NCBI RefSeq assembly: GCF_009914755.1
Contig: NC_060930.1
DNA length: 64,000 nucleotides
DNA from: the human T2T-CHM13v2.0 reference genome, Homo sapiens
Reading direction: 5' to 3' (one strand)
Shown here: positions 14,008-28,765 of the stretch, in pieces
Numbering within the stretch: position 1 is the stretch's first letter
How the letters are laid out: each line of letters opens with the position of its first letter
Notes under the pieces: model-generated
Told to the model about the DNA's origin: nothing
The model's database searches: none
Seen by the model: only the letters and a program-made list of their open reading frames with translations
Translations under genes and position numbers: made by a program

Positions 14008-14449
14008 GAGAGAATAGAGCCCTTGAGCAGAGAAATGGGCACTTCCCTCTCCCTCCACAGGAATCTCCTGCCAGGAAAATCAAACTCATTCCATTGAAAA
14101 ACAAAAAAAAATGGGTAGAGTAACCACACAAAAGACTATTTTAAAATGTGGAAAAGAACAGTAAAACTCCCTAAAAGAACTCACAGCAGGAGAACATGTT
14201 GCCACAAAGTGAATATGGTAAAAATTATACCCCAAAATACCCACAGGATTAAAAGAAAAAAAAAAAACTCAATGAAGTAATCACAGTTTAAAGGAAGATC
14301 ACAAAAGAACTCTTAAGAGATGGCCAGATAACATGCATGCACTGACTAACTAGAGACTGAAGGAACTCAGAAAAGAAGGACAAATTCAAAAATAAAGACC
14401 CCATGACAAGAAGCACAATAACAGACAGACGCAGAACACATCAGGCCTC

Positions 14450-15550
14450 ATGATCACCACCCACTGCAGGTTTAGTCATTTTAGGTTCCTTGGGCCGCCC
14501 CTCACTCTTCATTGGTTGTAGTTTCTGGCTCGCTGCCATTCTGTCCAACATGACTCCTATCTTAATTTTTTTGTGATTTCAATACACAGGCTGACGATCC
14601 TTCCACCATCCTGCTGGCCTCCATTCTTTGCACACGTCTCCTACTGAAATGATTCTGTCCTCCACCCTCCCTCAGCCACACACTCCAAGATCCCATCAAA
14701 CACCTTCTCATTACCAGGAACTGTCACTCTTCCATAATCTTGGTTTCAGGCAATCTACTTAGAAATCACCTCCTGCATGTCCAGCTCACTCCCCTGGCCC
14801 CAACTCCAACCTGCCATCCATTGATCCTGCCACTTTGCCACATTTCCTCACCTCCAATGTCGTCACCCACTCCCTAACCAACTTAAACTCTGGAGTCAGT
14901 CCATATCCAGACTCTTGCATATATCTTAAGCCCCTCTCTCCCTTCTTAACCACTTGACAAAATCTAAAATTCTGGTTGAGTCCAACATTGCACTGCCTCT
15001 GCACCAGCACTGCACTCCTCTCCTCATAACCCTTGCTCCACCCAGAGTAAAAGTCCTTACACCAGCCTGCAAGGCCCTACCTGACCTGGTACCAACTCTC
15101 TCTCTTCCCTCCTCTCCATTCCTCTAATGGCCAGGGGTGCTTAACTCTGAGGGCCCATGGACATGCTATTTCCCCATCTAAAATACTCTTTCCCTAGATA
15201 CTGTGGGACACATTCCCTTCCTTCCTTCAAATATGTGCTCAACGAGGAACTCCTCAGTATGGTCCATCCCAACTCCCCGTGCACCCTATTTATCAAATGC
15301 AAACCCCTCTCCAGCACATGCCGGTATGTTTTTGTCATTGTTTCTTTTTGTAACACTTAACATCTCCTTCTAACATATGACATAATTTACTTATTTATTT
15401 TATGTCTGTCTTCTCTCATTAAAGGTTCACTCCATAAAGGCAGGTATTTTTATTTTATTCGCTGACATAGCTTCAGCATCCAGACAGTCCCTAGCACATC
15501 ACAGGTGTTTAATAAATACTCACACAGGGAATGAACATAAATGCACAAGT
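14450..15550 (+). mobile_element. L2 fragments
   Basis: L2-like text ending cctagcacatcacaggtgtttaataaatact..gaatgaa. Confidence 0.65.
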
Positions 15551-16316
15551 AACACCCTGGTACAATATACAGCATGATCCAAATACACCATGTTATATGA
15601 ACCAGACTCTCCTGGGCTCAAATACCAGCTTTGCCACTTAACAGTTGTACAAACTTGAGCAAGTGACAACCACTCCAAACCTAAATTTTCTCACCTGACC
15701 AGGGTGACTGGAAGATCAAAAACAATGCACAAAAAAAGGAATAAAAGATACCTAATACAAGGCACAAAGTAAACAGTTAATTAAAAATAGTTTTAAAATA
15801 CTAGCTTACATATCTTCCAGAAAGAGATTATTGAACAAAGCAGGGTATATAGGAAATACCATACAACTAAAATCACTGGATGTACTTGGGCCACCCTGCC
15901 CCACTCTCCTCCCATGCCCAGCAGCAAGGCAGTGTACTGGGTATTCACAAATAAGCAGGCCTTGGCTGGATATCTGTTGAAGGTTTCCATGCTCCCAAGC
16001 AGGAGAACAGTCCACAGACTAGGACAGTATCTTGGTGATGTCTGTGGGCATTTTCTTTGACTTTATATGGAATAAAAGGCAAACTATCTTAAAGAAGTAG
16101 GTGGCCATACTCAATATCATTAATACGTAACTTCAAATAATGATCATGATAATGATACTATAATGAGAAAGAAGAGTAGGAAAATAAATGTACCAAGACT
16201 TGCAGAATAATATCTTGTATGACTTTTAGTTTTTTCCTAAGCAACTAATAGGCACACCAATTAACAATTGCTTTAAGAAAAAAAGTTTGGATTAAGTATA
16301 AAGGGCAATCACTGTT

Positions 16317-16681
16317 TGATATGGTTTGGCTGTGTCCCCACCCAAACCACATCTTGAATTGTAGCTCCCACAACTCCCACATGTTGTGAGAGGGACCCAG
16401 TGGGAGATAATTGGATCATGAGGGTGGTCATTCCTGTGCTGTTCTCATGATAGTGAATAAGTCTCATGAGATCTGATGGATTTATAAAGGGGAGCTCCCC
16501 TGCACAAGTCCTCTCTTGCCCATGGCCATGTAAGAAGTCCCCATGCTTTTCCTTCGTCTTCCGCCATGATTGTGAGGCCTCCCCAGCCATGTGGAAATGT
16601 GATCCATTACACCTCTTTTTCTTTATAAGCTACCCAGTCTCAGGTATGTCTTTATTAGCAATGTGAGAATGGACTAATACA
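16317..16681 (+). mobile_element. THE1 (ERVL-MaLR) solo LTR
   Basis: TGATATGGTTTGGCTGTG...CTAATACA with 5-bp TSD CTGTT on both sides. Confidence 0.93.
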
Positions 16682-17349
16682 CTGTTTAATAAAAACATTG
16701 TTCAGTAATTGGTGAAAACAACAAAAAGGGATCAAAGAGATGAGGACCATAATTGCCAAAATCACTACAGGAAACCAAAACTAAATGCCAAGCTTAACTT
16801 ATACTGTTCGATTCCTACTTCAGCACCAAATCAACCAAAATGTACAGAGGGACAGCCTCACAGGGCAGTTGAGTAGCCACTACACAACTAACCATGAATA
16901 TGTGTAATCAAAGAGAAACTACCCTGTCATACAATTACTGAGCATAGATCATGTTGGAAAATAACTAGTCATTATTATAGAAATTCTTAAATAAATGTAG
17001 TATCAAAACATACACATGAGGATTTTTATCACATGGTCACCATGACACTTTATCTACAGAGAACTCAGAGGATTCATTTGTGGAGGCACCACAAATGGTT
17101 AGGTTCTCAGGTTTTTAAACATATACACTTAGGATAAAATGTCTGTTAATGAAGGATTAATTAAAATCATTTAATGGCATAACCACATAAAAAAGTAAGC
17201 AACCAATAACAAGAGAAAAAAAAAGTAAGCACCAAAAAACCTGTATAGTGTGATCTCAATTTCATTAAAAAATGAACGAATAAAATTATGTGTAAATACT
17301 TCTGTAGCCAAGACATGAGCCCTTTATCTCTGGGGGCCAAGGTTTTAGT

Positions 17350-18060
17350 AGGAAAGTAAAAAAATAAGTAAACAATAATAGTACTTTAATTTACTGATAA
17401 AAGGCAATATAAAAACAAAACAGGTTAATGAGAAAAAGAATGACTGGAGGAAGCAAAATGATAAGGCAGGGAAGACATTGCTAAACAAGTGAGCTTTGGG
17501 CCCTAAGACCTGAATGCCAGAAAGAAACCAGTTACATGTAGATCTGGGAAGATGTCTGAAGCAGAAGAGGAGCAAGTGCAAAGGCCCTGAGGTGAGGATG
17601 AGCTGACTGTTCACTAAGCAGAAAGAAGATCTACCTGGTGGAATGTGGAGCAGCAGAGCAGCACCATGGGAGAGAGTGGTAGTTGACAAGTGGGGGCAGG
17701 GATCAGATCTTGAGGATATTGTGGGGCATGGTGGGGATTTATATCTGATTATAAAAGCCACAGAATTTAACTGTTGCCTTTCAAGCTATAGGATGACATG
17801 ATCTGATTTACAGTTTTACAGGTTTACCTTGGCAACTATTTGGAGAAGACGGAAAGAGGCAGGAATGGAAGTGAGGAGAACAATTTGGAGACTGCAGTCA
17901 TCCAAAGAAATAGCAGCAGCTTGAGCATATGTGGTAATGGCAGAGATGGAGAGACACAGACAGATCTGACCGGTAGAACCACTAAGATTTACACTTAGAT
18001 TAAACAGAGGGAGTGAAGACACCCATTACTATGGTTTGGGGTTGGAACCAAGGGTAAGAA
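17350..18060 (-). mobile_element. L2 fragment
   Basis: gcaagtgcaaaggccctgaggtg..gacatgatctgatttac..; typical antisense L2. Confidence 0.65.
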
Positions 18061-19869
18061 AGTTCATGTTCAGGGCAGAAGCATATGTATGGTTCACAGA
18101 TAGGAGAGTGAGGGATAAAGCTCCTTGAAGCATCTTGGAGCCACATCTTAAAGATTTAGTTCATAAAACAAAGAATTCACTCATATCCGGCCATAAACAC
18201 CATGTTCAGTCATAAAGGAAAAGTCACTGAAGAGAAGAAAAGTTGTCACACTCTGTTAAAATTTCCTTGGACAAGATAGCAACTTTCACATCTATCTCTG
18301 TTTTATGTTAGCACCTTAGGCATGAAGAAAATCACAATGAAATAAAAACTACTGAAGTTTTTCTCCTCTAAGTGGGGGAAAAAACCATCCAACCACATTT
18401 TCAGATGTGCAATCTTAGACATAAATATTTCAAACAGCATTTTAGGAGGAGGGAAGCAACAATTTTTCAACTCTTTTTCCTTTAATAAACTGCCTTCCCA
18501 TCCCACCAACAGATTACCCCAGAAAAAAAGGAAACATTCTTAATTCCTGAGTAAATATATGGTTCCAGTAAATTCATTAATTTCTCAGGACTGGAGCTCC
18601 TTTTTTAAAAAAATATTTGCCCTGGCACCAAAAAAAAAAGTGATAATATTAGCTTCCCTTTTGTGCAGTCATGTGTTAAAATGCAAAAACAAGTGTCCCC
18701 TTCACCAGACCCTAACTAATTAAAAGAACTGTGATCATTCTAAAAGTAACAAAAGGGCTCACACTTTTACATAGACTTTTAATTTCATCTCAAAGAACCT
18801 TATGGGGACAGGAGCCATGCACCAATTCTTAATAAACAATTTTGAAAAGTATACTTGCAGCATAGGAAGCTAATTATAACACAGAGAAACCAAAAACATC
18901 TGTTTCGATTTTAAACTAAAGTCTATGCTGAACTAATACCTTTAATCTGTAGGAGAGATGATTAAAAATGAAACAAGTGAAGATTCAACAAAAATATTTT
19001 TCAGTCACCTTCTCTTAGCACTTAAAAGCTTACGTTCATACTTTATGTGCCCCTAGAAGGTTCTGTCTTTCCAAATTTTCTGGAAAAAACACACATCCAC
19101 AAGCCCATGTGATACATGATGCATATTTTAGCAGAAACTTCTATACTCATAAATTCTGATGAGTAGATTTTATGTTTCCAATATATCTGTTTTATTCACT
19201 TTCCAACTTTAGCCACACTACATCTTCCTCTTTCAGGTTATTATTTTAAAAAAAAATACTCAAATGCGAGAATTCACATTAGCACTAGTGGAAAGGCTTA
19301 CTATGTTATTTAGGAGTTAGGGAAATTTTTATCTCAAGGACTGTGTTTCATAGCTATTCTCATTTCTATTCACCAATTTCCTTCAATACAAAATTTTGTT
19401 AATTCTGACAGGATACAAACCTCTGTGCCCCAGCTTTCCCATCTCCTAACACTTAAAAATAATACATAAGCCTTGGTGGAACTCTAGCTAGTCTTGAGTG
19501 TGATGGCTTCTTCAATTATGGGATTTTATGAGCATGCATTATGGATTCAGATATGGCAATCAGCCTCTTAACAAAACATAGAATAATCTTGTACCTGTTA
19601 GAAGAGTTTCGGGACTCTTAAAAAACTTTGGTTAGAATTATTGCCTGTTAAAGTTTGAAGAGACCATAACCTAGCCCACAGAAAATACACATGAGAAAAC
19701 CATGTCTTGGAAGGTTCGAGAGCTTACTCAAGGTCACACTGCTATTTGGATCTGATTTCAGGAAATGTACATGCAATCACATACAGCTTGCTTGATTAGA
19801 AATGTTTCCTATTATCTCATTGATTTCTTTAGCTCAGCTACACTCTAAAAACTCTGATTCTAATCAGAG

Positions 19870-20545
19870 AATTGCAAAGTAAATCATGAGAAACCTATGA
19901 CTAAAATGAATAAAAAGCTGTAAACATCAAATGTTGACAAGGACTTTGAGCAGCACAAACTCTGATACACTGGCTGTACTCATATCTGGTACAACCACTT
20001 TAGGACACTGTTTAGCTGTTATCCACAAAAGCTGAACATAAACATATCCTATGAGCCAGTAACCCAATTCCTTCACATACATGCACCAAAAGAACATATA
20101 AGAATGTTCTGGGAAGCATTGTTCATCCTAGCAAAAAATAAAAACAAAATCAAAAACTGGAAACACTACAACCAGTAGAAAGAATAAATAAATTGTGGTA
20201 TGTTTAAATATGGAATACTATACAGTAACGAAAACAAATGACCTGCAGCTGCATGGATGAATCCCACAAACATAATGAAAGAAGCCCAACATAAAATAAT
20301 TCTATTTGATTACTGATTCTATTAGATTAAAAAAAGGAAAATTAATCAATGATGTTAACAAAGTCAGGACACTGGTTATCTCTGAAGGGCATGGAGGGGT
20401 GTAAGCACAAGAAGGTTTTAGGGGACTAAGGAATGTTCTATTTCTTGACATTTGTGGTAATACAATAGAAAATTCATTCAGCTATACACAAATAATTTGT
20501 CTAGTACTCAATGTATACATTATACTTCCATTTTTAAAAAGTCTG
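19870..20545 (+). mobile_element. Old L1 (L1ME-type) 3' region
   Basis: aaatgttgacaagga..ggtacaaccacttt..aaattgtggtat..tggaatactatacag. Confidence 0.7.
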
Positions 20546-22479
20546 AAAAAGCAAGCCTGTGTTTACTTATGTGATGTATTTTGATATATTGATTCTGCTG
20601 CTTTTAAAAACATGAGTTTCTCTGTGTGTTCTCAAGACATTTTTCTATGTTGTTTGTGTTTGGGCAAGGATGAATGGCCCTTGTGAAAATGCCTACTCTG
20701 GTTTACCTATATGATAGGTACCTTATACTTATAAACCCACAAAGGCTTGCTTATCCTTATACTATACATCACAGCTAGGAGTATGTCTGACAGAAAATAT
20801 GGAGAAATGATAGAAGGTAAACAGGCATAGATGTTGCTAATAAAAATGTCACTTTTGAACATCTCAATCCAAAGTTTGAAAACTAAATCTAAGCCTTTCT
20901 AAGAGGCATGGTGATCTTCTAGACCTGTGATAACAAACGATTTTGTTTGCCTGCCAACTCCAGTCTACTGGGAATGGTTGCCTGGAGCCTTGGGTTGAAA
21001 AAGACTGGATGGCATGCTAGGCCAGCAACAGAGAATACTGTCTATGCCATGGGTAAAAGATGGAGCATGGGTGGCACAAGGGCCTTGTTGACTGTTACGG
21101 AGTCAACGCTTTCTCTCATAGGATACAAATATTTTCTTAATCATTTTAAACTGTCTACAGAGCCTGTAATAAAGTCATAGTTTGTTATAACTATTTACCA
21201 GTTTTATTATTTTAATATAATTAAATTTCTAATTTATTTTACATGTAAGCATTTACAATATTTAAATATTTTATGCTTAATATAAATTATATCATTATAA
21301 TATGGTTTAAATGCTTTACTGGTGAAACAAATTCAAAAGACTGCAGATGGTCTTAAACCAAAAAAATGGTTTAAAAATATTTTTGACTGCCATTTTCCTT
21401 TTTTGGGGGTATAAACTAAACCATAAAACTTAATATTTTATAAGTGTTTATTTATTTCATCAAAACTAATGTGAAAATAAACTTTCCCACTGCAACACTC
21501 AAGAAGACTTTAGCTTTAGTTTAACAGATGCTCATATTCTAATTACAGGTTACCTTACTTACAGCATCTTCTCTTTAGGTTTCTTTTGTAAAATCAGATA
21601 ATTGTACTGACACAATTTCAAAAGTTGCAAATGTAGTGTGAAGAGAACCTAAATGTGGTGCAAAGTATCATTTTATTCAATCGCACCCAGTATTATTAGC
21701 ATTACCAAATGGGGAAAAAAGTGAACTGAAATTTCACACTTCTGCCTTTCACTTCCACGTGATTTCTGCATAGCCCTTATCAGTACACATACTTGACAGT
21801 AGTTAGATTTTTAACAATACTTTATCTAATCTAAACTCCCCTTCATTTAGACATTGAATCTCAGAATTAGAAAAAGTACAGTGATGACTGGTTTCACTAA
21901 ATTCATGGCCCCAAATCTTAAATGTATACTCAACACATTTGCTAAACCCCCTTCTTTCCCGCCCATTCTCTATCTGATGACCTTGCTTCCCATTTCATTT
22001 AAGAACAGACCCACTCAAACAGGAAATCTCCCATGTTTGCCCACCATGTTTCCATCTGTACCACACGTAGCCTCACCTCTATACGGTGGATGAAATGTGA
22101 ACTTGCTAGTGGTCCATTCCCATGCCCTCACTTTCAAAACATTTCCTTTGCAATTATACGCTTACCAGAATTTCTCTGTTGCAGTGTAAAATGGAACCCT
22201 TTCTTTGATCCTCTTTCTACTTTCATAGCAGAGTCTGCTAGTTGCCTACTAAATATTGATTCTCTCATCCTTCTTTCTCAAATAGAATAATCCCCAATTT
22301 TAGTGAGCACACTGAAATCCTGCTAAGATGTTTTCAGCCTCTCTGGCAGCTAGGTGTAGCCACCTGATCAATGACATAAGCAGAGATGAGGAGAAAATCT
22401 GGAAAGTCTCTTTAAAATGGAAAGAGTGGGTGCTTCTCCTTCCCTTCCTCCATCTACACTTGCAATATGGCTATGAGAA

Positions 22480-23712
22480 TGTTCTTTTCAAAGTCACCAG
22501 TTTACCAAATCCAATTATCTGCTTTTATCTTAGTCTCTCAGCAGCATTAGGGAGAGATAATGCCTCACTCATTCTTGAAACATTCTTTAATTTCTAGAAA
22601 TCTACCACATCTTGATTTTTATCTTACCTCACAGGTCACTCCTTAGATTCTTCATGCTACCTTCCTGATTTCCACATTTTTTAATGTTCCAGGCCTCTTC
22701 TCTTTCCTCACTCTTACGTGATTACTTTACACCTATGGTTTTAAATACCATTTATACTCTGAGGACACTCTGACTTCCAAATTCCTGTATCTAAAGTAGA
22801 TGTTTGATATCTCCACTTAGATATCTAAATGATATCTCAAAATATACTTAGTCAAAACAAAACTCTCCCCTACTTGTCCTGAACTGTAGTCCCTCCCGTT
22901 TCAGTACACACTTGCCACCACCTAGTCGGTTGCTCAATGCAAAAACTATGGAGTCATCTTTAACTCCTTCCTTCCTCTACCATCCCTACCCACATGCATC
23001 AGCAAGTCCCGCTGGCTCTACCTCCAAAACACACTCATTGCTTCTCTCCATCCCCACTGCCATCACCCTGGTGCAAGCCAGCATCCGAGCTCTCCCCAGA
23101 CCTCTGTGATGACCAGCATACCTCCCTGCTATTCCCTCAATGTCTATTTTCTAAGCAGCAGCCAAAGTAATTTTTTCACAGTGTAGATCTGATTATGTCT
23201 CTCCTCTGCTTAAATGCCTCCAGTGATTTCCACTGCCTCTTAAAATGAAATCTCAACTTCCTGAACCACCTGCAAGGCCCCAGCTGACCCGCCAGACCCC
23301 TCTGGTTTCATCTCCTGGCACTCTTGCCCCAGATGCTGTGCTTCAGCCACACTAGCTTTTTCCCTTTTCCCTATTTTCTGAGTATTTCAAGCCCAGGTCT
23401 GCTTTTGAATTTTTAATGCTAGTTATTCCTTCTGTCTGAAATGCCCTTTCTCTGAATCTTCTCACTACCAGTCCCTCCTCATCCTCATTCAAAGACCATC
23501 TAAAGTAAAGGTAGCTTCCCCAGTCACTTGCTCTCACCTCACTTTCACTATATTTTCTTTACAGAAAGTTAAGTTGCTCATTATTTCTCCTTACTACACT
23601 GTAAACTACAATGAGAGCAGGACCTTATAGATTGTTTACTGCTACATTCCTACAGTTTGGAACAGTATCTAGCAAGTACTATGTATCCCAAAAATTATTT
23701 GTTGAATGAATC
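22480..23712 (+). mobile_element. L2
   Basis: L2 3' portion ending atttgttgaatgaat. Confidence 0.7.
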
Positions 23713-24048
23713 ACAATAGAATATCAAAATTAAAACCCTCTTAGTCTGAACCATTATTCCTATGTTTAAAATTCTTATTAATAAGTCTGAGAAATATCTG
23801 ACCATCCTTTTTCTGGTCACTGATAAGGAATCTCACTCCTCCTGAGGGAGGCAATTCTACCTTAACAACTTGGATTATTCAAAAGCCCTTCCTCCTTCTC
23901 AAGGTGAAATCTGACTACCTGTAGCTTCCGTACATTTGTGGAGGCCCCTATGTTCATGCAGGACATATGGCTTCTGTTTCACATATGACAGTGATTCAAA
24001 CATCTGCAGATGGTGACTGTACCTTCACCTGCATGAACAGTCCCTGTC

Positions 24049-24388
<340 letters not shown>

Positions 24389-25603
24389 TAGCCAGACCTT
24401 CACATGATCCAATACTGCCCCGGATGTACTCGCACACTTAGCTACCAACCTGCCATAAATATTCAACTCTGGCCCAATCTGTCACTTCTCATCCTCTGGA
24501 TCAACTGATCTCTTTCTTAGGGAACATGGCCTGATTTAAGTCAACTCTTTTCTCCTTCCAGTTCATGTTCACACACAATCTTCAATCCATGTATCTTTCA
24601 TACTACCTACTGCTTGCTACTTCTACAATCTCAGTACAGGACAGTCATTCCTCATCCTCAATTCCTAACACTGTTTAGCTTTCCCAACACAGGATGCTTA
24701 TCCTCTTCTTTGGAGAAAGGCCTCTTGGCCTCCTTTCTTGCATAAAGGTCCTAATTTTCCACATATGTAATTAGAATTATAAACTTCCTTAATTTTTGCA
24801 CAGGTAGCCAGATACACTTGGGGCAGACCAGTGCTATTTCTAACCAGCAGCAAGGGAGCCATTAAAAAAAAAAAAGAAAAGGAAAGAGGCTCTTCTGTGG
24901 CCACCATCAGAACAGATCTGATGCCAGAGGAGCAAAGCAGAGCCAACGCCGGTGGCCTGTGACAAACTGCAGCAGTTCTCAATGTACCATTCCTACAGTC
25001 CCTGCTGTGGACAACGTGGTGCCTGGCACTGTGCACTTCCTTGTTCTTCCAGAAATAGGTAAAAAACCCAGAAATCACCCCAAATCAGAATAAGGGTTAT
25101 TTTATACCACTGTGCACAGCAGCACCTTTTTAGAGTCTAGTTTTATTCTCTTTGCTCCTAAAACACACTAGCATCTCATTTAAATAATTCAGGTAGAGGA
25201 ACAGCTGTTGAGGAGTTAATGATTAGATAAAGAAACAGAGTATGGTCATTTGAAAACACTATTTCTGCAATGTGTTAACATTCTGTTAAAAAGAATAGCC
25301 TTGTAAGGAACTAGGCTGAAGAATAAAACTATATTAACATACTCCGAAGGATGAAAGAGTTCAGGTAATGCCCCGAGGGCCAAACCCTGAGAGCAAGACT
25401 AGAATCACCCAAGGTATCTGATTAACCATAATTTACAAACAAAAAAAAGTAAAAAAAAATAAAAAAATAAAAACCTATCCACTCAAATCTGCTATAATGA
25501 TTTTTTTAATACATATCCTGACGATGAATACTTCCGAATGAAGTGCCACACTGCATCAGTCTACTGGTAATCTATCTCTGACAAGTATAGCAAAGAATAA
25601 TTT

Positions 25604-25944
<341 letters not shown>

Positions 25945-26429
25945 TTAAAACGTCCTCTCCTTAGTTCCTCTTGCTCCTTAATAAGGTACCACATACTTGC
26001 CCATCATAAGATTAACCTAATCCATATCCAGTCAGATTTTATTTTTAATAAACTTTATGTTCCTTAAGCCCTTGGTAGTGCTACCTGGTTCCAAACCTAT
26101 GAGACTGAGTCATCAGGTCTCATCATCTCATCTAGAACCAGATAGCTTTAAAGCAGATATAAGAATCCATTATCCTTTTAAATCTTTATTTTATTTAATG
26201 AAATAATGTATTATGTGCCTGGCCCTGACTTCCTATAGAAAAATGCAGTAAGTGTTATCTCAAATATAATTCTCTTGCATTCATTCTAAAGAGTTCGAGC
26301 CCTTTAAAACCTGTTGTTAGAGGAATGCTCCTCCCTCTCTCAATCAGCAGAGTTGTCCTTTTATGAACCTCCACCAAGTTCAGTTAAGAGTGGATACAAA
26401 TAGTGAAGTCCATTTAAAACTCAACTCAC

Positions 26430-26514
26430 AACACTGTGTGATCTTCTGGATGTTAGAAGAGATCCTCTGGGCCAACTGGGCGGGGTCACCACCAACTCCT
26501 GGAGTGTAAGACAT
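26430..26514 (-). CDS. STX7: Syntaxin-7, coding part of exon 2 ([28 protein letters not shown] + 1 nt)
   Basis: Reverse complement translates to the known syntaxin-7 N-terminus. Start context TCAACCATGT (A at -3). Phase-1 donor T|GTGAGT at 26430/26429. Too short for the ORF track. Confidence 0.97.
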
Positions 26515-26572
26515 GGTTGATGTTCTTATTCGCTAATTTCATCAGATGCTGTGCAGTTTTCTAAGCAGTCAC
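26430..26572 (-). other. STX7: STX7 exon 2 (143 nt: 58 nt 5'UTR + 85 nt CDS)
   Basis: Acceptor cttttatattatttAG|GTGACT at 26573/26572; donor GTGAGT at 26429. Confidence 0.92.
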
Positions 26573-27043
26573 CTAAATAATATAAAAGTCACACAGATAT
26601 ATTTTTTAAGTTACTGGCTTACATTTTCCAAATTAACAATCTGTGAAGTTACAAGGACAAACTTGATTAATCTAATAGAGTTGAAATCTGGCAAAGTGAC
26701 ACATCAAATAGCAAAACTCTCATGTCTACTAAAAAAAAAAAAACTGGACTTCAAAGGACAGAGTCATGTTAAACACATCAAACAATTAAAATAAGGTTCA
26801 AATTGCATATTTCCTTTGAAAACGTCTTTGATCTCTTCAAGAAAAATTATTAAATCCCTTACCTGTATATAATTTTAGTTGTTTACATATTTTTTCCTTA
26901 ACTAAACTCCAAACAATTATAAGGCAGGGCCCACATGCTTATTTATCTTTCTCCAATATTTAAAACAACTCTTAGCACAAACAGGCATTTAAATATTTAT
27001 TAAATGGAACACAGACTTCAGGCTATCCCCAGAAATTTCACTG

Positions 27044-27152
27044 TATTAGGTTGTGCAAAAGTAATTGCAGTTTTTACCATTACTTTTAATTGTGGTTTTT
27101 GCCATTAAAAGTAATGGTAAAAATGGCAATTACTTTTGTACCAACCTTAATA
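27044..27152. mobile_element. MADE1 (Hsmar1 MITE), internally rearranged
   Basis: TTAGGTTG-TGCAAAAGTAATTGC inverted termini with TA flanks. Confidence 0.9.
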
Positions 27153-28720
27153 TCTAATTTAACACACACACAGGACCTGCTCAGGAATGTATGATTAATA
27201 GGGCTCTAATTTTAATGGAAAAGGTTAAATCTGAAATAGCAGAGCCAACTACTGCGAAGCAAATGTCATATAAAATGTTTATCAAACCTTCCTGACAGAG
27301 GAAGGAGAACGAATGACTCTCCCCTTTCAGCAGCCAGCATCTCAGAATAGAAGAGACACTGAGATACTGCCACAGGAGGCAGGTGAGATGACATTCTCTA
27401 CCTCTTCAATCCACACCACTCCAATCAGGGTTTGGAAAGAAGGTTGAAAAGGAATGTCCCTGCATACAGAACTGCGCACAGCAAAGAATTTCAACTACCG
27501 CCACCCCATCTTTTCCATGAATATGCACTGGAATACTGCAAAATTGTTGGTGGTCAATTTGTAAGCTAGCTCTCTACTAAGAGCCTGGTACATGCCCAGC
27601 ATTAAACTAAGCACCTGGGAGATGCAAACAAAACAAAACACACTGACACAGTATCTGCTCAAATCAAGTTTGTCATTTAGGAGGAAGGATAAAGTTAATA
27701 ATGCAAACCAACAAAAAACCCCACAAATCCATAAAAGATCACGTGCTAGGCTAAAATGAGAAGGGCTACAAAAAGAAAAAATGACCATCATCCTTGTCTG
27801 GAAAGAATTTATGAAATAGAAACATAGGATTTGGATGCTTGGTTATGACCAGTATGCAGAACAACAAAGGCAAGGACGTGAAGGCTGGGGTGGAGAGACC
27901 CAGAGCACGTGGAAAGGCCACATGCAGTATGGTATTTACAAAAGGAAGGGAAGGTTCCTGGCCAACCCTGGATCAGATGATTCACAGCTGGGACAAGGGG
28001 AAAACAACATAAAGGGAAAGAGAGGAATGGCCTAACATTTCTCGCACATCTGCGACACAAAAAGTATTTCACAGACTAATTTTTTCACAACCTCCTTCAA
28101 TTAAGTGGCATTATTCTTGTTTTAATGATGAGCAAACAGCGGGCTTATTATGATTAAGTAATGGTAACCCAACCCACCCACAGGTGGAGGTGAGATTCAG
28201 TCCCAGGGTTCTGATGCCAAGGCTATCCATGCTTGCTACCACATAGAACTAATGCCACAGAAGATTTCTGGTAGAGAAGAAGCCACAGTGAAGTATGTGT
28301 CTTTGCTCTAAGGGACAGTGTTGGCAGGAAGTACAACAGCTGAACTGTTGAGACCATTAGAACAGTACTGGTTCTATGCCTGGAACTCTGGTGCACTTTG
28401 AATGTGCCTGGCCACGCTGAAAGTCCTGGTGGCTTTTAGATATTCTCCAACTTCCCTCTCAGGTACAGCTGATCTATTCTGGGCTCTCTGGGTCTCACCA
28501 AATCCTAGAGATGGATCCAAAAGCAATTTCATTAAAGGGTAAATTCAAACCTAAAGTCAGACAGCTGGACCACTACAGTGGGGAGACAGGAATAAACTTC
28601 CTTCCAGGTAGCCTTGGACTTGGGCCCAGACAGAACAAGAGTAGACATGGGGATTCAATGACACCAACACCATCCGGAACATCCTTGAAACCATGCAATT
28701 TTAAATGCATCTCCAAGTCA

Positions 28721-28752
<32 letters not shown>

Positions 28753-28765
28753 CACAGGTTTTGAA

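Noticed and set aside
13791-14131. Cys-rich (AVLCC)n ORFs
   Set aside because: Translation of the (CAGCA)n microsatellite.
21545-21570. Tandem strong donors on the minus strand (CT|GTAAGT, AAG|GTAACC) as a cryptic STX7 exon
   Set aside because: No convincing acceptor or exon could be defined from sequence alone.
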